NCBI GenBank assembly: GCA_963722825.1
Contig: CAVROI010000001.1
Location: 1,302,427-1,366,426, forward strand
From: an uncultured Gemmatimonadales bacterium
GTDB taxonomy: Bacteria > Gemmatimonadota > Gemmatimonadetes > Gemmatimonadales > GWC2-71-9
Direction of reading: 5' to 3'
Length of the DNA stretch: 64,000 nt
Positions 51,915 to 61,610 of the stretch are shown here, piece by piece; within the stretch, counting starts at the first letter, position 1; every line of letters starts with the position of its first letter. The translations under genes were made by a program, and so were the position numbers. The notes under the pieces are model-generated. The model saw only the letters and a list, made by a program, of their open reading frames with translations, was not told where the DNA came from and ran no database searches.

Positions 51915-51917
51915 AGA

Positions 51918-51930
51918 ATATGCATATACA
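51918..51930. promoter_or_regulatory. Palindromic operator candidate for MarR
   Basis: ATATGCATAT perfect palindrome abutting the MarR start. Confidence 0.6.
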
Positions 51931-52038
51931 TGTTTAGAACGGAGGTCAAATGCGCGACGGACTATAGGCCCATGCGCGCCCGGCGGCAGAAGTCCGACGG
52001 GTTGTCGCGGTGGGTCGCACGAGAAAGGAGCAGGATCC

Positions 52039-52728
52039 ATGCACTCGCTCGCACACAATCATCAGCCGGAAAGTGGCGGAGAGCCGGTCGCCGGGACCCG
52101 GGGGCTGGTCATGAACTGGGGGCGGCGGTACGACCTGCTGGTATCCGTCCTCGACGCGCTCACGCTGGGCACGCTGCGCGGGGTTCGGGAGACGGCGGCC
52201 GGCCTGGCCCGACTCCAGCCCGGCGAAGCCGTCCTTGATGTCGGCTGCGGCACGGGTACCCTGGCCCTGCTTGCCAAGGAGCGAGTCGGTCCAACGGGAC
52301 GTGTCGTCGGCATCGATCCCGGACCGAAGCAGATCGCTCGCGCCCGCGCCAAGGCATCCCGGCGCGGGCTGCCGATCGAATTCCTTGTCGGGGTCGTCGA
52401 ACGACTCGACTTGCCCGACCACTCGTTCGATGCGGTGCTGAGTACGATGATGATGCACCACCTCCCGGACGACCTCAAGCGCCGGGGCCTCGGCGAAATT
52501 GCTCGTATACTCAAACCGGGAGGCAGACTCATCGTGGTCGATTTCAGGCGGGCGCGGGCGAAGCCAGGCAAGCCCGCGCGGCTCGGGGCCGGCCAGGAGG
52601 GCATTCAAGACCTGCCACGGCTCATGAGCGAGACGGGTTTCGCGGCGGTCAAGGCCGGAGACGTGCGGTTCCCCCGGCTGCCTGGCGTTCGTGGAGCCGG
52701 CTTCGCGCTCGGGAAGGCGGTCCATTAG
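52039..52728 (+). CDS. Class I SAM-dependent methyltransferase (UbiE-like)
   Basis: VLDVGCGTG, MMMHHLP, LKPGG; AAGGAG RBS. Confidence 0.9.
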   Translation: MHSLAHNHQPESGGEPVAGTRGLVMNWGRRYDLLVSVLDALTLGTLRGVRETAAGLARLQPGEAVLDVGCGTGTLALLAKERVGPTGRVVGIDPGPKQIARARAKASRRGLPIEFLVGVVERLDLPDHSFDAVLSTMMMHHLPDDLKRRGLGEIARILKPGGRLIVVDFRRARAKPGKPARLGAGQEGIQDLPRLMSETGFAAVKAGDVRFPRLPGVRGAGFALGKAVH

Positions 52729-52792
52729 TCTATCTTCCAATGACGTCGCCGACCCCGTGGGCTCGGCGCACACACCCGGAACGGAAACGTTC

Positions 52793-54430
52793 ATGTTGAC
52801 GGCAGATGCCCGGGATCGAGGCCGCGAGTCTTTCCGGCGGCACGCGTGGGGAGATGCGTACGCCCAACTCTCCGCGGCCGATCGGCTCGACCCCGAGGAT
52901 CTCGAGCGTCTCGCGACAGCAGCTCAACTGCTGGGCCGAGACGGCGACAGCGCCACTTTCTGGGCACGGGCGCATCAGGAATTTCTCTCCCGGGGCGCGG
53001 TACAGCGCGCCGCGCAATGCGCCTTCTGGCTGGCCCTTCCATTGCTATTCAAGGGCGAAAAGGCCCGGGCCAGCGGCTGGATCGCCCGGGCTCGCCGCCT
53101 GCTCGACGATGGCCAGCTCGACTGCGTCGAGCGTGGCTACCTGCTCGTCCCCGCGGCGCTGCAGTCGATCCTCGAAGGCGACAACCCGACCGCGCAGACC
53201 ACCTTCGGCGAGGCCGCCGGAATCGCGGAGCGCTTTGCCGATCCGGACCTGCTGACTCTCGCCAGGCACGGTCAGGGCCGGGCCCTCATCCGTCTGGGTG
53301 ACGTTGCTCGTGGAGTGGCGCTGCTTGATGAGGTGATGGTTGCCATCACGTCGGGTGAGGTGTCGCCACTCTTCGTGGGCGACATCTACTGTAGCGTGAT
53401 CGAGGCGTGCCACGAGATTTACGATCTGCGCAGGGCCCAGGAGTGGACGGGCGCGCTGAGCCGCTGGTGTGAATCTCAGCCTGACATAGTGCCGTATCGT
53501 GCCCACTGCCTGCTGCGCCGCGCCGAGATCATGCAGCTACACGGTGCATGGCCGGACGCCATGGAGGAGGCGGAACGGGCGTGCGAGCACCTCCTGCAAC
53601 CACCTGCCCATCGGGCAGTCGGCGCTGCGTTCTATCGACTCGCTGAGCTCCACCGGCTGCGCGGCGAGTCGGCCAGTGCAGAGGCGGCTTACCGTCAGGC
53701 CAGCCAATGGGGACGGGAACCGCAACCCGGCTTGGCCCTGTTGCGCCTGGCGCAGGGCCAGATGGAAGCGGCGAAGGCGGCCATCTGCCGCGCGGTAGAC
53801 GAGGCCCGGGAGCGGCATGTCAGATCGAGGATGTTGGGCGCCTGCGCCGAGATCCTGCTCAGCGCCGGCGATGTCGCGAAGGCTCGCGCGGCTGCCGATG
53901 AGCTTGCGGCGATCGCCACCGAGCTGGATGCGCCGTTACTTCGTGCCGCGTCCGCCCACACCACCGGGGCCGTTCTTCTCGCCGAGGGCGATGCTCGGGG
54001 CGCCCTGGCCGCCTTGCGCCATGCCTGGACGGTGTGGCGCGAGATGGAGGCGCCGTACGAGGCCGCGCGCGCGCGGGTACTGGTCGGAGTGGCCTGCCGG
54101 GTGCTCGGCGACGAGGATGCGGCGGAAATGGAAATGGATGCGGCGGGCCGGGTCTTCCGACAACTGGGCGCCACGACGGATCTCGCCCGGGTCGACGCGC
54201 TCTCCCCCAAGGCGATACCCGCCGCCGCCGCCGGGCTCACGGCGCGCGAGGTGCAGGTGCTCGGTCTCGTGGCAACCGGCAAGACCAATCGCGCCATCGC
54301 CGGCGAGCTTCGAATCAGCGAGAAGACGGTGGCTCGCCACGTGAGCAACATCTTCACCAAGCTGGGCCTGTCGAGCAGGGCCGCGGCCACCGCCTACGCC
54401 TACCAGCACGACCTCCTCAAGTCCCCTTGA
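52793..54430 (+). CDS. LuxR-family regulator with TPR-like helical sensor region
   Basis: C-terminal LTAREVQVL..TNRAIA.EL.ISEKTVARHVSNI. Confidence 0.9.
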   Translation: MLTADARDRGRESFRRHAWGDAYAQLSAADRLDPEDLERLATAAQLLGRDGDSATFWARAHQEFLSRGAVQRAAQCAFWLALPLLFKGEKARASGWIARARRLLDDGQLDCVERGYLLVPAALQSILEGDNPTAQTTFGEAAGIAERFADPDLLTLARHGQGRALIRLGDVARGVALLDEVMVAITSGEVSPLFVGDIYCSVIEACHEIYDLRRAQEWTGALSRWCESQPDIVPYRAHCLLRRAEIMQLHGAWPDAMEEAERACEHLLQPPAHRAVGAAFYRLAELHRLRGESASAEAAYRQASQWGREPQPGLALLRLAQGQMEAAKAAICRAVDEARERHVRSRMLGACAEILLSAGDVAKARAAADELAAIATELDAPLLRAASAHTTGAVLLAEGDARGALAALRHAWTVWREMEAPYEAARARVLVGVACRVLGDEDAAEMEMDAAGRVFRQLGATTDLARVDALSPKAIPAAAAGLTAREVQVLGLVATGKTNRAIAGELRISEKTVARHVSNIFTKLGLSSRAAATAYAYQHDLLKSP

Positions 54431-54627
54431 TAGCGCGCTCCCCTGATGTCGAAGGCAACGAGCGGCAGGGTGGCGCACGAGGCCTGACCGTCACCCTACA
54501 TAGAACTACCCATGACGCGGCGCGGAGCTGCCCTGAATACTTCGCCCGATGCGGGTGGTGCACGTCCGTCGCATCATATGTCATGCCGTCGACCGTCGAC
54601 GGCGCCTTCAAAAAGAGGAGTTGGAGA

Positions 54628-55764
54628 ATGAGCGTGCGAAAGCAGGAGCGGGTCGAGACCGTCATCATCGGTGGTGGCCAGGCGGGTCTCTCCGTCGGGT
54701 ACCACCTGGCCCAACGGGGTCTCCCGTTCGTCATTTTGGAGGCCAATCAGCGGATCGGCGACTCGTGGCGCCAGCGCTGGGATTCCTTGCGGCTCTTCAC
54801 TCCCGCGCGCTTCGATGGCATTCCCGGCATGCCCTTCCCTGCCCCGGCCCACGACTTCCCGGCGAAGAAGGAGATGGCCGACTATTTGGAGGACTACGCA
54901 AAGCGGTTCGGGTTGCCTGTCCGAACCGGCGTCAAGGTCGATCGACTCTCGAGGGAAGGCTCTCGCTACCTCGTGACGGCGGGCGACCGCCGGTTCGAGG
55001 CCGACAACGTCGTGGTAGCGATGGCGACCTACCAGAGCCCCCGTGTGCCCTCCTTCGCACCGGAGCTGGATTCCGCTATCGTCCAGCTCCATTCGTGCGA
55101 CTACCGCAATCCATCTCAGCTGCGGGAGGGCGCCGTCCTGATCGTCGGAGCGGGCAACTCCGGGTCCGAGATCGCGCTCGAGCTCGCCCGCGCCGGCCGG
55201 AAGGTATGCATGTCGGGGCGGGATACGGGTCACCTCCCCTTCCGCATCGACGGATTCGCGGCACGTACATTCCTGCTCCGGCTGGTGCTCCGATTCGTCT
55301 TCCACCGGGTGTTGACCACCGACACACCGATGGGGCGGAAGGTCCGCCCGAACATCGTCTCCAAGGGCGGCCCGCTCATCCGGGTCAAGCCCAAGGATCT
55401 CGCCGCCGTTGGCGTCGAGCGCGTCCCCCGAACGGCAGCCGTGCGAAACGGCCTCCCGGTCCTGGAGGATGGCCGGGTGCTCGACGTGGCAAACGTCGTC
55501 TGGTGCACCGGATTCCACCCCGGCCAATCATGGATCGATCTTCCGATATTCGATGAGGACGGAGAGGCAAGGCACACGCGCGGGATCGTTGCCGGCGAGC
55601 CCGGGCTGTACTTCGTCGGCCTCCACTTTCTCTACGCGATGTCGTCGACGATGATCCACGGCGTCGGGAGAGATGCGGAGTTCATCGCCGACACGATCGC
55701 GGGCCGGATCCGCGCCCGCCCCGCTCAAGAAGCACCAGCCGTGCTTCCGGCCCGGGCGAGCTAG
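54628..55764 (+). CDS. Flavin-containing monooxygenase-like oxidoreductase
   Basis: GGGQAG, WDSLRLFTP, HSCDY, GAGNSG, WCTGF. Confidence 0.9.
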   Translation: MSVRKQERVETVIIGGGQAGLSVGYHLAQRGLPFVILEANQRIGDSWRQRWDSLRLFTPARFDGIPGMPFPAPAHDFPAKKEMADYLEDYAKRFGLPVRTGVKVDRLSREGSRYLVTAGDRRFEADNVVVAMATYQSPRVPSFAPELDSAIVQLHSCDYRNPSQLREGAVLIVGAGNSGSEIALELARAGRKVCMSGRDTGHLPFRIDGFAARTFLLRLVLRFVFHRVLTTDTPMGRKVRPNIVSKGGPLIRVKPKDLAAVGVERVPRTAAVRNGLPVLEDGRVLDVANVVWCTGFHPGQSWIDLPIFDEDGEARHTRGIVAGEPGLYFVGLHFLYAMSSTMIHGVGRDAEFIADTIAGRIRARPAQEAPAVLPARAS

Positions 55765-57248
55765 GCGGGCGCCCTTCTCACGCTCTCCAGTGCGATGGCG
55801 AGCTCACGGACTCCGCGCCTGATCTCCCTCGGGTCTATGGCGGCGAAGCCGAGGTGGAGTCCGTTTTGCGCCACCCGGCCGCGACCGTAGCGCCCGAGTG
55901 GAGTGACTTCGACGTCCCGCCGCGCCGCCGCCTGCGCTGCCGCCTTCCCGTCGGTCCCTTCCCGCAGCCAGCCTGCCGTCTGCAGGCCGGCCTCCACGTC
56001 CGAGACATCCAATAGTCCCGCCAGCCGCTCCCGTGCCGAGTCGAGGAGCACCGACAGGCGTTCGGCGTAGATCTCCCGCATCCGCCGCACGTGACGGCCG
56101 AAATGTCCGCCGGCGATGAAATCCGCGAGGACGGCCTGCTCGAGCAGAGGTGCGTGACGGTTGGTCACTGATTGCGCCGCCGCGAGGAAGTCCATCAGGT
56201 CCGGCGGCACGATGAGATATCCCAACCGGAGTGACGGGAACAGCACTTTGCTGAAGCTCCCCGCGAAGATCACCATCCCGTTTCGGTCGAGTCCCTGGAG
56301 CGCGGGCACCGGACGCCCTGCGTAGCGGTACTCGCTATCGTAGTCGTCCTCGATGATCATCGTGCCGGTCGACCGCGCCCACTCCAGCACGGCCAGGCGC
56401 CTGGCCAGGCTCATGCACACGCCGAGCGGGAATTGATGCGCCGGAGTCAGATAGAGGAGCCGGGCCCCTCTGAGCGACGCGTCGCCCAGGATGATGCCCT
56501 CCTCATCGAGACCGGCCGGAACGACGGTCGCGCCGAGCGCCTCGAAGGCAAGCGTGGCACCGATGTATCCCGGGTTCTCGATGACCACCCGGTCGCCCCG
56601 ATCGACAAGAAGGCGGCCCACCAGGTCGAGCGCCTCCTGCACGCCGGAGACAATGGCGACCTGCTCGGCGACGCAGACCACGCCGCGCGATGTCGTGAGA
56701 TAGTCCGCCACCGCCTCCTGGAGCGGCCGGTATCCCATGGGGCCGCAGGCGAGCAGAAGGTCCATCGAGGCCTGCCGGAGGCGGCGCCCCGCCACCTGTG
56801 CCCAGAGCGTCGTAGGAAAGAGATCCAGCGCGGGCTGGTCGGTGCGGAAGGCCCGGATTGGGCCGGGTCGCAGGTGGGGGAAGAGGCGCACTCGCCTGCC
56901 GTACCCCGATAGGTGACGTGGATGACTCCGTGCGGGTGCGGGCCGGGTCGGAGCCGGACGGGGAGCCTGCAGCAGCCGCTCGGGTAGTACCCTGGCGACG
57001 AACGTGCCCGAGCCTGCCCGGGTCTCGAGGTAGCCTTCCCGTTTCAGCTGGTCGAACGCGGCGACGATGGTTCCGCGCGAGAGCCCGTACCGCGTGGCGA
57101 GGTCACGGCTGGCCGGGAGCCGCTTGCCGGGGCGCAGCCGCCCTTCCAGGATGCCACGGCGAAGGGAGGCATAGAGCCACCGGGTTGCCGGCATCCCCGG
57201 TTCCCGCTCCGGGAGCATGAGGGCGAATTGGCTGGTCTGTCGTGCCAT
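55761..57248 (-). CDS. MocR/GabR-family PLP-dependent regulator
   Basis: GntR HTH LPASRDLA; TPAHQFPLG, EDDYDSE, SFSK. Confidence 0.93.
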   Translation of the reverse strand: MARQTSQFALMLPEREPGMPATRWLYASLRRGILEGRLRPGKRLPASRDLATRYGLSRGTIVAAFDQLKREGYLETRAGSGTFVARVLPERLLQAPRPAPTRPAPARSHPRHLSGYGRRVRLFPHLRPGPIRAFRTDQPALDLFPTTLWAQVAGRRLRQASMDLLLACGPMGYRPLQEAVADYLTTSRGVVCVAEQVAIVSGVQEALDLVGRLLVDRGDRVVIENPGYIGATLAFEALGATVVPAGLDEEGIILGDASLRGARLLYLTPAHQFPLGVCMSLARRLAVLEWARSTGTMIIEDDYDSEYRYAGRPVPALQGLDRNGMVIFAGSFSKVLFPSLRLGYLIVPPDLMDFLAAAQSVTNRHAPLLEQAVLADFIAGGHFGRHVRRMREIYAERLSVLLDSARERLAGLLDVSDVEAGLQTAGWLREGTDGKAAAQAAARRDVEVTPLGRYGRGRVAQNGLHLGFAAIDPREIRRGVRELAIALESVRRAPA

Positions 57249-57251
57249 GGG

Positions 57252-57301
57252 AAGTGGTACAACGAAAATACTGTAAATGGCCCTGTCTGGTAGATCCACT
57301 T
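57252..57301. promoter_or_regulatory. MocR operator candidate
   Basis: AAGTGG (57252), AAATGG (57275) direct and CCACTT (57296) inverted copies in an AT-rich spacer. Confidence 0.55.
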
Positions 57302-57320
57302 CTCACTACCTTGAGTCGTC

Positions 57321-57352
57321 GCCGCCCGCCGCCCGCCGCCCCGCCGCCCCGC
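57321..57352. repeat. GCCGCCC(C) x4 tandem repeat
   Basis: gccgccc gccgccc gccgcccc gccgcccc. Confidence 0.8.
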
Positions 57353-57446
57353 TGGTCCCGGCGTCCGCTGGCGCATTGCTGCTGGCGCGCTTGCCTGCCC
57401 GCGCAGCATGATTCAGTCACTGATCGATCGCCCTCAAGGAGCACCC

Positions 57447-57911
57447 GTGAAACCTCGTCTCCACTATGCCAACGCGGCGCCCGGCGTGTACGACGCCATG
57501 GATGCCCTCGACCGATATGTGCAGGAGTGCGGGCTGGAGCGATCCCTGGTTCTGTTGACCCAGCTCCGGGCCTCGCAGATCAACGGATGCGCCTACTGTC
57601 TCGACATGCATTGGAAAGACCTGCGGGCGATCGGGGAGACGGAGCAGCGTCTCTATTCTCTGGACGCCTGGCGTGAATGCCCGTATTACACCGGTCGCGA
57701 GCGCGCGGCTCTCGCGTGGGCGGAGGCCGTCACCTCGATCACCGACGGACACGTGCCCGACGCCGTCCATGAGGAAGTGCGTCCCCACTTCAGCGAGAAA
57801 GAGCTCGCCGACCTCACCCTCACGGTATCGGCCATCAACGCCTGGAACCGTCTCTCGATCTCCGCCCGGCTCGTCCCGGGCGGGTATCAGGCTGCGAGGG
57901 TCACGAGCTGA
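57447..57911 (+). CDS. Carboxymuconolactone decarboxylase/AhpD-like protein
   Basis: RASQINGCAYCLDMH, INAWNR; AAGGAG RBS. Confidence 0.92.
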   Translation: MKPRLHYANAAPGVYDAMDALDRYVQECGLERSLVLLTQLRASQINGCAYCLDMHWKDLRAIGETEQRLYSLDAWRECPYYTGRERAALAWAEAVTSITDGHVPDAVHEEVRPHFSEKELADLTLTVSAINAWNRLSISARLVPGGYQAARVTS

Positions 57912-57912
57912 C

Positions 57913-59385
57913 ATGGCGGAGGAGAGCACGACCGCCGACCTCCTCGACCGCCTCCGCCGGCTCGAGCGCGCGGCTCGCCCGCTCGATCCCGGGGCCACGC
58001 GCCGAAAGAAGCTTCGAAACGCCGCCGTGGCTTCTTCCGAGCGATTCCTCCGCAAGATCGAGAGCCTCAAGGCGTATACCGAGACGGAAGACAAGGGAAT
58101 CAATGTGCTCGGATCGCCCATTGGCGAGCATGGAATGCCGATCGAGTCCGTGATCGCGATGTTCGAGCGCCACGTCGTCCGGCCGGGGCTGAATCCGGCC
58201 TCGGGAGGTCACCTCGCCTACATCCCGGGCGGCGGACTCTTCCATTCGGCGCTGGGTGACTATCTCGCGGCCGTGAGCAACAAGTACGCGGGGATCTTTT
58301 TTGCTGGGCCGGGACCGGTCCGGATGGAGAGCATGCTGATTCGGTGGGTGGCCGACCTGGCAGGGTATCCCGCGACCGCGGCCGGAGCCATTGAGTCCGG
58401 GGGAAGTCTCGCCACGCTGGCGGCGATCGCGACGGCCCGCGATGCCCATGGTTTACGCGGGGCCGGTTACGCGTCGGCGGTGGTCTACCTGACCACGCAG
58501 GCCCATCACTGCATCGAGAAAGCGCTACGCCTTGTCGGTCTCGGCGAAGTGCAGGTCCGGTACGTCCCGATGGACGACCGGTTCCGGATGCAACCCGGCG
58601 CTCTGGAGCGCGCGATTGCCGACGATCGGGAACGGGGGCTTCGCCCGTGGCTGGTGACCGCGGCCGCCGGCACGACGGATACCGGCGCCGTGGATCCGCT
58701 CGATGCGATTGCGACGATCGCAAAACGCGAGCGCTGCTGGTTCCACGTCGATGCGGCGTACGGCGGCTTCTTCCTTCTCACGGAGCATGGTCGCGGCATG
58801 CTCAAGGGAATCGAGCGATCCGACTCCGTCATTCTCGACCCGCACAAGAGCCTGTTCCTTCCCTACGGCGCCGGCATCGTGCTGGTTCGTGATGCCGAGC
58901 GACTCGCCACCACCCATAATTACTCGGGCAACTACATGCAGGACGCGTTGCGGGACCCGGGCGAGGTCTCGCCCGCCGACGTGTCGCCCGAGCTCTCGAA
59001 GCACTTTCGGGCGCTGCGCATGTGGCTGCCGCTCGTCCAGCTCGGCACCAGGCCATTCCAGGCGGCGCTCGATGAAAAGCTGCTGCTGGCGCGCTATTTC
59101 CACCGGGAGATCGAGGCGCTCGGATTCGAGGTCGGTCCGCCACCCGACCTCTCCATCGTGACCTATCGATGGGCTCCACCAGGTGCCGGCCTCGCGCGAG
59201 TCAACGAGATGAACCAGGCCATCATCGACGGTGTGCGACGGGACGGCCGCATCTTTCTGTCGTCGACGATGCTCGATGGCCGCTTCACGCTGCGGCTGGC
59301 GGTGCTGGCGTTCCGCACCCACCGGTGGACGATCGACCTGGCGATCCGGGTCCTGCGGGAACAGATCGCCCTGCTCGCGGTGTAG
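57913..59385 (+). CDS. Group II PLP-dependent (aromatic amino acid-type) decarboxylase
   Basis: AGTTDTGAVD, HVDAAYGG, DPHK. Confidence 0.92.
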   Translation: MAEESTTADLLDRLRRLERAARPLDPGATRRKKLRNAAVASSERFLRKIESLKAYTETEDKGINVLGSPIGEHGMPIESVIAMFERHVVRPGLNPASGGHLAYIPGGGLFHSALGDYLAAVSNKYAGIFFAGPGPVRMESMLIRWVADLAGYPATAAGAIESGGSLATLAAIATARDAHGLRGAGYASAVVYLTTQAHHCIEKALRLVGLGEVQVRYVPMDDRFRMQPGALERAIADDRERGLRPWLVTAAAGTTDTGAVDPLDAIATIAKRERCWFHVDAAYGGFFLLTEHGRGMLKGIERSDSVILDPHKSLFLPYGAGIVLVRDAERLATTHNYSGNYMQDALRDPGEVSPADVSPELSKHFRALRMWLPLVQLGTRPFQAALDEKLLLARYFHREIEALGFEVGPPPDLSIVTYRWAPPGAGLARVNEMNQAIIDGVRRDGRIFLSSTMLDGRFTLRLAVLAFRTHRWTIDLAIRVLREQIALLAV

Positions 59386-59393
59386 AGACGGCC

Positions 59394-59891
59394 TCAGGAA
59401 TCCCTTCGCGCCGGCGCGTGATGATCGTGCCGTTGGAACGCCAGGAACTCGTGGATCGCCTCCACGGCTCCCGCATCACCGCTCCGAATTCGCACTGCCC
59501 CTCCTCGCGGCAGCGACTCCACGGCGTAACTGATGAGCGCTCTCTTGGCGCTCATCACGGCGGTTCCCGGGACCGCCTGGGCATGCACGTACCCCGGCAG
59601 CCGAAAGTCGCCGGCCGCGAACCGCGACGAGAGCTGCTCCATGTGGCCGCGGATCTGTGCCGTACCGGCGCTGTCGTCCGTGTCGCGCTGCAGCTCGATG
59701 CGGCCGCCGTCCGGGAGCGGCTCGAAGACGTGGCTCGAGGTGAACTGGTTGACGCCCATCGCGACGGCGCCGCGAGCTTGCACGCCCGCATATGTGGGAT
59801 CCTGATCGGCCGCGGCGCGCCGAATCGCGGCGCGGTCCTGTGCGCCGTGACAGCCGAGCAGCAGGAGGCAGAGCGGCAAACAGGTTCGCAT
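59394..59891 (-). CDS. Hypothetical lipoprotein
   Basis: Lipobox LLGC; AMG..HVFE.LPDGGRI; FQRHDHH. Confidence 0.8.
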   Translation of the reverse strand: MRTCLPLCLLLLGCHGAQDRAAIRRAAADQDPTYAGVQARGAVAMGVNQFTSSHVFEPLPDGGRIELQRDTDDSAGTAQIRGHMEQLSSRFAAGDFRLPGYVHAQAVPGTAVMSAKRALISYAVESLPRGGAVRIRSGDAGAVEAIHEFLAFQRHDHHAPARRDS

Positions 59892-59926
59892 GGATGTGCC
59901 ACCTCGAGGTTGGAGTCACCGCACCG

Positions 59927-60061
59927 CTACGCGGTTCGGACATCCCGATAGACGAACGCCGCGATGACGCCGAGGATCAGAATGAGAATGCCGTCGAATA
60001 CGATCTGCTTGCCCCTGCGGAAGCCATGGCGGGCGGCGACTCCACGCGAATGGATCCACAC
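59927..60061 (-). other. Possible 44 aa single-TM peptide or 3' gene remnant
   Basis: ...KQIVFDGILILILGVIAAFVYRDVRTA*; no clear RBS. Confidence 0.35.
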
Positions 60062-60073
60062 GAATGCGCCGGC

Positions 60074-61135
60074 TCAGTCGGCGCGAATCGCCACCCGGTG
60101 CCACGCATTGTTGTTGTATCCCTTGACGTTCCAGGTCGCGTCGACGCTCGACGGCTGGGCGGCGCCGCCGCTGTCGGCGGCCCTGACTGCGATGGTGTGA
60201 GGGCCCGGGGTGAGCTTCAGCACCGCCTCCCAGAACGTCCACGCCCAGGGCGCCCCATCAGTGGAGATCCGTGCGGGCAACCAATCGCACCCCCCATTGG
60301 GAGACACTTCGATCTGGGTCAGCGGTTTGCCTCCGGAGCCCATGGCCCAGCCTCGAACCGGCACCTGGCCGGCGTGGACCACCTGATCAGGCGTTGGATC
60401 CAGAATGACGGCATTGACGGGGACCTCGCTCAGCGCAATGCCAGCGGAGACGTCGCGCGGGTCGTTCGGGTTGATCTCCCTCTGCAGGCGATACGCTTGG
60501 CTCTGGAAATAGTTGCAGGACGGTTCCGCCGACAGCGTGATCCGGCCGAGCCACTTGACGCTTCGCGCACCGATCCAGCCCGGTACGATGGTCCGGAGAG
60601 GAAACCCATGCTCGGGGGTGAGCGGCATGCCGTTGAGCTCGCTCGCAAGGAGCACCTCGGGGCTCAGCGCCTTGGCCAGATCGATCGACCCGCCGAAGCC
60701 GAACCGCCGTCCCTGCCGTTCCACCTGATCCAGGCCGATGAACTCGACGAACCGGGCTCCATCGCCGACTCCCACGGCCCGGAGCACGTCCGCGAGGGCG
60801 ATCCCGGTCCATCGCCCGGTGCTGGCGGGCTCCGGCCCCCAGGGGAGCTCCCCGGGCAATGGGCCCAACGCGAGCAGCTCCGACCGGCGCAGTCCGGCGC
60901 ACACCAGCGTCGCCGCGACGTCTCGTCGAGGGAACAACCGGAGCAGCTCGTCGAGTGAGAAGCTCTTCGGGTGGTCCACCAGCCCGTCCACCTCGAGCCG
61001 CCAGGTTCCGGCATCGATATGAGCGATCGGGCCATGGTTCCGCCTGAAGAAATGATCGAGGGGGGTAAGGAAGTGATCGGCCGCGACAGGCCAGGTAGCG
61101 GCGTTGAGCTCATCGTAGACCAAACGAGGACTCAT
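60074..61135 (-). CDS. Sulfite oxidase-family molybdoenzyme
   Basis: FFRRNHG, CAGLRR, HGFPLR, GARSVKWL, WNVKGY. Confidence 0.92.
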   Translation of the reverse strand: MSPRLVYDELNAATWPVAADHFLTPLDHFFRRNHGPIAHIDAGTWRLEVDGLVDHPKSFSLDELLRLFPRRDVAATLVCAGLRRSELLALGPLPGELPWGPEPASTGRWTGIALADVLRAVGVGDGARFVEFIGLDQVERQGRRFGFGGSIDLAKALSPEVLLASELNGMPLTPEHGFPLRTIVPGWIGARSVKWLGRITLSAEPSCNYFQSQAYRLQREINPNDPRDVSAGIALSEVPVNAVILDPTPDQVVHAGQVPVRGWAMGSGGKPLTQIEVSPNGGCDWLPARISTDGAPWAWTFWEAVLKLTPGPHTIAVRAADSGGAAQPSSVDATWNVKGYNNNAWHRVAIRAD

Positions 61136-61581
61136 GACGTTTCACCATGATGTCCAGCCGGCCGCACGATGATGGTGGAAAGCATGGTCGCGATGAGCGT
61201 GCGATTCACGGAGCCGGCGGTGTAGACCTCGGCCAGGCACACGGTCAGCGTCCGGCCGGCGCGCAGCACCCGGCCGCAGGCGAGAAAGGCCTCGGCCTTG
61301 GCCGGCGCCAGCAGATTGATCTTGAACTCCACCGCGAGGACGTCGGTGTCGGCGGGTGCCAGCGTATACGCCGCGTAGCCATTCGCCGAGTCCGCGACGC
61401 TCGCGATGGCACCCGCGTGCATGTAACCGTTCTGCTGGCAGAACCGCGCAGAATACGGGAAGGTCAGATGCACCTCGCCAGGCGCAATGTGCGCGATCGT
61501 GGCGCCGAGAGAAGCCATGTGGCTCTGACGGCCAAAGCTTTCCCGCACCCTGGTTTCGTTAGCCGGACCTGCTGACGTCAT
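61132..61581 (-). CDS. PaaI family thioesterase
   Basis: QQNGYMHAG, D, VEFKINLLAPA. Confidence 0.9.
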   Translation of the reverse strand: MTSAGPANETRVRESFGRQSHMASLGATIAHIAPGEVHLTFPYSARFCQQNGYMHAGAIASVADSANGYAAYTLAPADTDVLAVEFKINLLAPAKAEAFLACGRVLRAGRTLTVCLAEVYTAGSVNRTLIATMLSTIIVRPAGHHGETS

Positions 61582-61610
61582 CTGCCGATCTCCTGGCTTG
61601 GCTATGCCCC

